From an uncultured Anaerolineae bacterium (GTDB lineage Bacteria; Chloroflexota; Anaerolineae; JAFGEY01): DNA of 64,000 bases. The notes under the pieces were generated by a model. That model was not told the origin of the DNA, did not search any database, and saw only the letters and a program-made list of their open reading frames with translations. The stretch is from assembly GCA_964481205.1 (NCBI GenBank), contig CAYZYE010000003.1, positions 857 through 64,856 of the forward strand, given 5' to 3'. The position numbers and the translations under genes are program-made. Positions 58,096 to 64,000 of the stretch are shown piece by piece. Numbering within the stretch: the first letter of the stretch is position 1; the number at the start of each line of letters is the position of its first letter.

Positions 58096-60246
58096 ATGAT
58101 CAGACTCTTGTTGGTCGAAGACGATGCTGCACACATTGAACTGATCCGGCGGGCCTTTGACGATTCGACATTACCCGCCGAATTGATCATTGCCCACAGC
58201 ATCACCCAGGCCAAAACAATTCTCAACTCGATATCCCTCACGCCGCCCGATCTAATGATCACCGATTGGCGACTGCCCGACGGGCAAGGCATCGAACTCT
58301 TGAACCACCTCGGCGACCCGCCGTGCTGCCCTGCCGTCGTCATGACCAGCCACGGCAACGAGCAAGTTGCCGTCGATGCAATCAAGGCCGGCGCACTCGA
58401 CTATGTGGTCAAATCAGTGGAAACATTTGCCGATATGCCCCACATTGCAGAACGCACCCTGCGCGAGTGGGAACACATCACCGAACGCCAACACGCCGAA
58501 GAAAGAATCCAACACCTGAATGCCGTATTGGACGCCATTCGCAGCGTCAACAAACTCATCACCAGAGAGAGAAACCTGGAAAACCTGGTCCAGGGCGTCT
58601 GCCACAACCTGGTACAAACCCGAGGCTATCAATACGCCTGGCTGGTCCTCGTTGACGAAAACGGGTATTCCCCAATCGGCAACACGATCATTGGCGCCCA
58701 GGCCGGCCCGCAAAAACAACCCGCCTCCACGGCCAAACCACCTGCTCAAACCTATGACCCGCCGCTGCCGCTGCCCAACTGGATTCGCCGGACACTAGCC
58801 GCCCCGCAAGCAAAAACAATCGTCGTTCACCCCAACCACCACAAGGGACACCACTCTTTTTTCGTCAAACACAGCAGCGAAGAGATGCTGGTACGCCAAC
58901 TGCGCTACAAAAATGCGGTCTATGGCATCCTGGCGGTTTCGATCCCCGACAACCTGGCAACCGACCAGGAAGAACAAGAACTGTTTCAAGACGTTGCCGA
59001 AGACATCGCCTTTGCCCTATACAGCATCGAACAAGAACAAGCCCGAAAACGATTCGAGTCACAATTTCTCCAGGCACAAAAAGTCGAAACGATTGGCCGG
59101 CTGGCCGGCGGCATTGCCCACGACTTTAACAACCACCTCACCGCCATTACCGGCTACTCGGAACTGCTCCTGACCCAATTTGACAGGCACGACCCCAAGC
59201 GCCGCGACATTGAAGAGATACTCAAGGCCGCAGAACATTCGTCGGCGCTCACCCGCCAACTGTTGATCTTTAGCCGCAAACAAGTGCCCCAACCCAAACA
59301 GATCGACCTCAACACCGTTGTCTCGGACATGAAACGTATGCTCCGGCGACTGGTTGGCGAAAACATTGAAATGCACACCCTGCTGAACGCCCAGGGACAA
59401 ATTCAGGCCGATTTGGGGCAAATCGAACAAGTCCTGATGAACCTCGTCGTCAACGCCTGCGAGGCGATGCCGCTGGGCGGCCAACTGACCATCGAGACGA
59501 AAAACGTCCAGCTAGACGCGCAAAACATGACCGTTTTTGAACAACCGCCCCCAGCGCAACCAGAAACCACCGCACCAGCGCCGGACACCCGCCCCAAACC
59601 ATACGTGATGCTCCAGGTACGCGACACCGGCGTCGGAATGAGCAAAACAGTCCAATCACACCTCTTTGAACCCTTTTTTACAACCAAAGAAGAGGGCAAA
59701 GGAACCGGATTGGGACTGGCAACCGTCGATGATATTGTGAAACAAAACGGCGGACGGGTCTGGTTTTCAAGCAAACTGGGCCAAGGCACCGTTTTCCGAA
59801 TCTATTTGCCCAGGATAGACACGACAAGATCAGCCGCCGGACCATCCGGCGATCAATTCACCGCGAGCAACCAAACCATCCTGGTTGTCCAGGAACAAGA
59901 CTCGATCCGCGCTTTGACGCAACGCCTACTCGAACGCCAGGGATACAATGTCTTGGAAGCATCCAACGCCGATAACGCGATCATCCTTTGCGACCACTAT
60001 GACGCCAAAATCGACCTGCTGATCACCGACATTGTCATTTCGGGCAGCATGAACGGGCCAGAATTGGCCGGGTACCTGTCCATCTTGCGACCGGAACTGG
60101 ACGTCCTCTACACGTCGAGTTACACCGATACGGCAACAGCGCGCACCGTCCTGGCGCAAGGCCTGAATTTCATCCAAAAACCCTTTACGCCCGCGGCCCT
60201 GGGACGTCAGGTACGCCAGATTCTAGACCGCGCCTCCAATCCCTAA
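58096..60246 (+). CDS. Hybrid histidine kinase (REC-GAF-HisKA-HATPase-REC)
   Basis: N-terminal LLLVEDD...ITDWRLPDG receiver. H-box GGIAHDFNNHL. C-terminal receiver with LLITDIV. Confidence 0.85.
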   Translation: MIRLLLVEDDAAHIELIRRAFDDSTLPAELIIAHSITQAKTILNSISLTPPDLMITDWRLPDGQGIELLNHLGDPPCCPAVVMTSHGNEQVAVDAIKAGALDYVVKSVETFADMPHIAERTLREWEHITERQHAEERIQHLNAVLDAIRSVNKLITRERNLENLVQGVCHNLVQTRGYQYAWLVLVDENGYSPIGNTIIGAQAGPQKQPASTAKPPAQTYDPPLPLPNWIRRTLAAPQAKTIVVHPNHHKGHHSFFVKHSSEEMLVRQLRYKNAVYGILAVSIPDNLATDQEEQELFQDVAEDIAFALYSIEQEQARKRFESQFLQAQKVETIGRLAGGIAHDFNNHLTAITGYSELLLTQFDRHDPKRRDIEEILKAAEHSSALTRQLLIFSRKQVPQPKQIDLNTVVSDMKRMLRRLVGENIEMHTLLNAQGQIQADLGQIEQVLMNLVVNACEAMPLGGQLTIETKNVQLDAQNMTVFEQPPPAQPETTAPAPDTRPKPYVMLQVRDTGVGMSKTVQSHLFEPFFTTKEEGKGTGLGLATVDDIVKQNGGRVWFSSKLGQGTVFRIYLPRIDTTRSAAGPSGDQFTASNQTILVVQEQDSIRALTQRLLERQGYNVLEASNADNAIILCDHYDAKIDLLITDIVISGSMNGPELAGYLSILRPELDVLYTSSYTDTATARTVLAQGLNFIQKPFTPAALGRQVRQILDRASNP

Positions 60247-60304
60247 AAACCGCCACAAAACCCCTGTCCGGGGTCGGCTCAGTCTGTCTAGCCACGAGAA
60301 AACA

Positions 60305-61171
60305 ATGCAGACCCTTGCCTGGAGATCAAACATCCTGCTCTTTTTAACGGCCATGATCTGGGGCTTTGCCTTTGTCGCCCAGCGAGTGGGCATGGACTTT
60401 GTCGGCCCTTTTACCTTCAACGGCCTCCGCTTTGCCCTGGGCGGCATCTCGCTACTGCCGCTATTGTGGCTACACCGCTCGCGCCCGACGCACAACGCCC
60501 CCAAAACCGCGTTATGGGGCGGCGCACTGGCCGGCCTGATCCTCTTTATGGGCGCCACATTGCAGCAAATAGGGGTCATTTACACCACCGCCGGCAAAGC
60601 CGGATTCATCACCGGGCTATACGTCATCCTGGTCCCATTGATCGGCCTGCTATGGAAACAACGTCCCGGCGCGGCAACCTGGCTTGGCGCCGGCCTGGCC
60701 GTCGTGGGCATGTACCTGCTCAGCGTCACTCGCAACCTGACCATCTCGTTTGGCGACGTTCTGGTCTTGATCGGCGCCTTTTTTTGGGCCGCCCACGTTC
60801 ACCTCATCGGCTGGTTGACAAAAAAAATCGATCCGCTACCCCTCTCACTGTTTCAATTTGCCACCTGCTCGGCACTGAGCCTCATCGCCGCCCTGCTCAC
60901 CGAACCCATCCCCGCGTCAGGCGTCGAACAAGCCTGGCTCCCCATCTTGTACGGCGGACTGCTCTCCGTGGGAGTAGCCTATACCCTGCAAGTGATCGGA
61001 CAACAGCACGCGCGCCCGGCACACGCGGCAATCATCCTCAGCCTGGAAGCTGTCTTTGCCGTCACCGGCGGCTGGATCATCCTGGGCGAAACCCTGTCCT
61101 GGCGCGGCCTGCTCGGCTGCGCCTTGATGCTGGCCGGCATGCTGGTATCACAGCTCAACAAGCCGGGCTAG
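60305..61171 (+). CDS. EamA/DMT-family transporter
   Basis: Two EamA halves giving 10 TM. 288 aa. Confidence 0.8.
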   Translation: MQTLAWRSNILLFLTAMIWGFAFVAQRVGMDFVGPFTFNGLRFALGGISLLPLLWLHRSRPTHNAPKTALWGGALAGLILFMGATLQQIGVIYTTAGKAGFITGLYVILVPLIGLLWKQRPGAATWLGAGLAVVGMYLLSVTRNLTISFGDVLVLIGAFFWAAHVHLIGWLTKKIDPLPLSLFQFATCSALSLIAALLTEPIPASGVEQAWLPILYGGLLSVGVAYTLQVIGQQHARPAHAAIILSLEAVFAVTGGWIILGETLSWRGLLGCALMLAGMLVSQLNKPG

Positions 61172-61391
61172 CCACGCGATCCCTTGATCAATACCATCGA
61201 ACCTGGTGAAAAAACGTCAAGAAACATCGCCGGAATTCAAACCCAGGCGAGCATCTTGACGTTCTTGGTGCTCCATCTTGTTTTTCAGCAGAGCCAGGTA
61301 TTTTGCCAAACGCCGCCGACTTGCCTTTTCTGCTTTCTATGCTACAATGCCCGCCGGGGAACGAGATCGCACCGCGCGTACCCCGTCCTGC

Positions 61392-61462
61392 GGTAAAAAA
61401 ACAAGGGCGTGTTTCAAAATGAAACACGCCCAAAAGAGAAAAGCCCCTTGCGGGGCTTTTCA
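61392..61462 (-). terminator. Tandem stem-loops forming an intrinsic terminator downstream of flp
   Basis: Plus-strand hairpins are AAAGCCCCTTGCGGGGCTTTT and GGGCGTGTTTCAAAATGAAACACGCCC. On the minus strand the second is followed by TTGTTTTTTT. Confidence 0.6.
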
Positions 61463-61510
61463 AATAAATAGGTCACTATCACTTGGAATAAATAAATGTT
61501 CGTTCTGAAA

Positions 61511-61657
61511 CTAGATGGCGCCGACGATGTTGGAAAAGACGTTGCCGATAATGGGACCCAACAGCAACAGGATGGCAATAACAACGATGGCAACGAGCAC
61601 CAAAATCAAAGCGTACTCTACCAAGCCCTGACCCTCTTCACGTGGAAGGAATAGCAT
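61511..61657 (-). CDS. flp: Flp/Fap-family type IVb pilin precursor (48 aa; not in ORF track)
   Basis: Translates to MLFLPREEGQGLVEYALILVLVAIVVIAILLLLGPIIGNVFSNIVGAI. It has the Flp signature G/xGxxxxEY with the processing-site Gly. The region is AT-rich. Terminator hairpins lie downstream. Confidence 0.65.
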   Translation of the reverse strand: MLFLPREEGQGLVEYALILVLVAIVVIAILLLLGPIIGNVFSNIVGAI

Positions 61658-61847
61658 CTCTTGTCACCTCCTTTTCGATCTAAATTTGACAGAGTTGAAA
61701 TTTTGATTTACCTTGTTTGCACTGGCGAAAATAAACAATCTCTATCAGCATCTACAAGACATTATACCCCAAAAAGAGCTTTCGATCAAGGGTTTTCTGT
61801 AAAGAAAACGTAAATTCCGGGTTAGAATTTTCTTACCACCGAGAACA

Positions 61848-63080
61848 ATGAGCAAACAAGACATTATAGAATTACAAATAGATACAATGGCAAATGGCGG
61901 CCGCGCGCTGGGCCGTTACCAGGGCAAAGTCATCTTTGTATCGGGTGCGATCCCCGGCGAAACCGTGCGCGCGCGAGTGACCCAGGTGCGCAAACGCTGG
62001 TCGCAAGCCCACGTGGTCCGTGTACTCGACGCATCTCCGCACCGCATCGAGCCGCCGTGCCCGTACTATGGACGGTGCGGCGGATGCCATTTGCAGCACA
62101 TTGCATACAACGCGCAACCAGATTACAAACGCCAGGTGGTGGTCGAACAACTGCGCCGCATTGGACACATCGAGCGCCCCCCCGTCGAGCCGGTGATCGC
62201 CATGAACGAACCATGGTTCTACCGGAATCACGCCCAATTCTCGATCAGCGAATCGGGCCACCTGGGGTTCCAGGCCGCGCGCAGCCACGACGTTATTGCC
62301 GTCGATCGCTGCCTGCTCTTGCATCCCCTCCTCGACGAACTGCACAAAGCGCTAGACATCGACTGGCCCGAGTTGGAGCGACTCTCCCTGCGCGCGGGCA
62401 TCCGCACCGGCCAAAGAATGTGCATCCTGAAAACCAAAACCGGCCAGGCACCCGAACTAACCGTCGATTTTCCGCTCTCTTGCGTGCTCCAAGACCACGA
62501 CGGCCAAGATCGTGTTTTGATCGGCAAAGGCACTTACGACGAAGTGCTGCGAGAAAAAACGTTTCGCGTTTCGGCGGCGAGCTTTTTCCAGGTCAACACG
62601 GAACAAACAGAGGTCATGCTGGACGTGATCGAGCAATACCTCGATCCACAGCCGGAAGATGCGCTGCTAGACGTATATTGCGGCATCGGGACGCTCAGTC
62701 TGCCGTTTGCGGATCGAGTGGCGCGGATCATCGGCATCGAGGAAAACCAGACGGCAATTCAAGATGCGCTTGTCAACGCCGGCGACAGCGATCACGTCAC
62801 CTTGATCCCCGGCAAGGCGGAACGCATTTTACCCCAACTGGACGAAAAAATCAGCAAAGCGATCCTCGACCCGCCGCGTCAAGGATGTAAACCCCAAGTC
62901 CTGACCGAGATCATGCGCTTTGCCCCCAGCCGCATTGTCTATGTCTCATGCGATCCAACCACCCTGGCGCGCGACGCCGCGCAATTCACCGCCCAGGGCT
63001 ACACATTGACCCAGGCGCAGCCGGTCGACATGTTCCCGCAAACATATCACATCGAGATCGTGACCCTGTGGCAGAAATGA
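61848..63080 (+). CDS. rlmD: 23S rRNA (uracil-C5)-methyltransferase, RlmD/RumA family (TRAM + 4Fe-4S + MTase)
   Basis: TRAM N-terminus. Cys cluster CPYYGRCGGCHLQH. SAM motif DVYCGIGT and a DPPRQG catalytic block. Confidence 0.85.
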   Translation: MSKQDIIELQIDTMANGGRALGRYQGKVIFVSGAIPGETVRARVTQVRKRWSQAHVVRVLDASPHRIEPPCPYYGRCGGCHLQHIAYNAQPDYKRQVVVEQLRRIGHIERPPVEPVIAMNEPWFYRNHAQFSISESGHLGFQAARSHDVIAVDRCLLLHPLLDELHKALDIDWPELERLSLRAGIRTGQRMCILKTKTGQAPELTVDFPLSCVLQDHDGQDRVLIGKGTYDEVLREKTFRVSAASFFQVNTEQTEVMLDVIEQYLDPQPEDALLDVYCGIGTLSLPFADRVARIIGIEENQTAIQDALVNAGDSDHVTLIPGKAERILPQLDEKISKAILDPPRQGCKPQVLTEIMRFAPSRIVYVSCDPTTLARDAAQFTAQGYTLTQAQPVDMFPQTYHIEIVTLWQK

Positions 63081-63096
63081 GCACGAAAGGCGCTGC

Positions 63097-63768
63097 ATGA
63101 ACAAACTTGGCTTGTTCCTGGAATGGAGCTACAAACTCGACAACCACTACCTGGGCCAGGTATCGCTGCGCAACAGCCTGTGGTTCCCGATCGTGCTTTT
63201 CCCGGCCCTGGCGTTGTTCAAACAAACATCGTGGTGGATCGCCGCCCTGGTTTCGATAACCGGCATCCTGCTTTACGCCGGCGTCGCCATAGCCAAAAAG
63301 CGAGGCTATCTGATCTTTGAGCCGTCGCCTCTGGAGCGTGTGAGCGTCGCGCAAACGCCGCTCAAGGCCGATGAACAGATCCACGGCTGGGCGTCGGGGC
63401 GCGTTGCCGTCGCGGGAAACGAAAAACTCGTGCTGGGCGAAAAGGCCCAACTGTTATTTGTACCCACGCGCGAACACATTGTAATGGTCAAACTCGAACG
63501 GACGCGATTCTTGCTGCTGGCTCGCTCAAGCCGGGGCGAAGAAGGTTGGTGGTATGCGTTCATCAAACCGAAACAAGTGCTCAAAGTGGAAACAGGACGC
63601 ATTGCTCATGGGCTGAAAACGCGCCCTGCTCTGGCCCTGACCTATCGATCAGGGGAAAAAGCGGGACAAAAAGAAACGCTTTACTTTGCCTGCGCCGGCG
63701 TCGCCGGCCTGTGGCGCATCATCGACGATCTGCGCATCGACGTCGCCCCCCACGCCTTCCACGTCTAA
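63097..63768 (+). CDS. Hypothetical membrane protein
   Basis: Two predicted TM helices. Its 3' end overlaps a convergent GNAT fragment by about 120 nt. Confidence 0.35.
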   Translation: MNKLGLFLEWSYKLDNHYLGQVSLRNSLWFPIVLFPALALFKQTSWWIAALVSITGILLYAGVAIAKKRGYLIFEPSPLERVSVAQTPLKADEQIHGWASGRVAVAGNEKLVLGEKAQLLFVPTREHIVMVKLERTRFLLLARSSRGEEGWWYAFIKPKQVLKVETGRIAHGLKTRPALALTYRSGEKAGQKETLYFACAGVAGLWRIIDDLRIDVAPHAFHV

Positions 63769-64000
63769 AACCTCCTGCTGCCAATCTTGTTTCTCCAAAA
63801 TCATATCGTAAAACAGCATACGTTTATGATAGCCGGTCGTTTTGAAAAAACACTTTAGGTGCCGGTACTCGGGCCTTTGGAGAAAAGAAATATCCTCGTA
63901 ACCGCCCAACCCCTTGTACCCCGACCCAACGCGCTTAAAGCCGCACTTGTCGTAACACCGAAGCGCCCGCGTATTGACCGCAGCCACATCGAGCGCCAAC
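63649..64000 (-). CDS. GNAT family acetyltransferase, C-terminal part; the 5' end lies beyond the window
   Basis: The conserved GNAT C-terminal block is LDVAAVNTRALRCYDKCGFKRVG. It is truncated by the window edge. Confidence 0.45.
   Translation of the reverse strand, partial: LALDVAAVNTRALRCYDKCGFKRVGSGYKGLGGYEDISFLQRPEYRHLKCFFKTTGYHKRMLFYDMILEKQDWQQEVLDVEGVGGDVDAQIVDDAPQAGDAGAGKVKRFFLSRFFP

Noticed and set aside
61405-61462. The tandem hairpins serving as the terminator for the plus-strand eamA gene
   Set aside because: They lie about 230 nt beyond the eamA stop and only 50 nt beyond the minus-strand flp stop, and the strong T-tract is on the minus strand. They are assigned to flp.
1-64000. 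CRISPR arrays, rRNA, integrase or transposase genes
   Set aside because: No regularly spaced direct repeats with unique spacers were seen. No rRNA-like conserved stretches or tyrosine/serine recombinase or DDE transposase motifs were found in any frame. The repeats present are irregular, non-autonomous MITE/REP-like elements.

Overview
This is a high-GC (about 60-65%) bacterial chromosomal window with Chloroflexi-like signatures. These include many Pro/Thr-rich secreted or anchored proteins and a DUF11-tailed surface protein. It is densely coding on both strands and contains about 49 genes. Housekeeping genes include acpS, tilS, mnmG, uppP, an RlmD-like methyltransferase, a comB-yjbQ-sugar dehydrogenase operon, an exopolysaccharide priming transferase with a GT2, and three consecutive PAS/GAF sensor kinases. 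A co-directional 9-kb minus-strand gene string runs cysteine desulfidase > mnmG > ABC ATPase > 306-aa protein > moxR > DUF58 > DUF4129 membrane protein. Inside it sits a visibly lower-GC two-gene cassette, an AAA_21-like ABC ATPase plus a protein with a TOPRIM/DUF4435-like N-terminus, which I interpret as a PARIS-like (AriA/AriB) anti-phage module. It is tightly embedded, with 4-bp ATGA overlaps on both sides, and has atypical features. Intergenic regions carry several repeat families: (a) a ~125-170 bp element with perfect 15-bp terminal inverted repeats, present as two inverted copies bracketing a 3.7-kb module (orphan Dam-class MTase, lipoprotein, two DUF881 paralogs); (b) a ~90-130 bp element in 4 copies upstream or downstream of envelope and sensor genes; (c) REP-like hairpin clusters flanking a small hypothetical ORF; (d) an imperfect inverted repeat pair flanking a LuxR-HTH/TM/Kelch regulator gene. 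Other oddities are a 1653-aa thioester-less alpha-2-macroglobulin-like protein interrupted by a 6-helix transmembrane block, and an unannotated 48-aa Flp-type pilin gene with a tandem-hairpin terminator in an AT-rich pocket. No rRNA, tRNA or CRISPR array was recognised.
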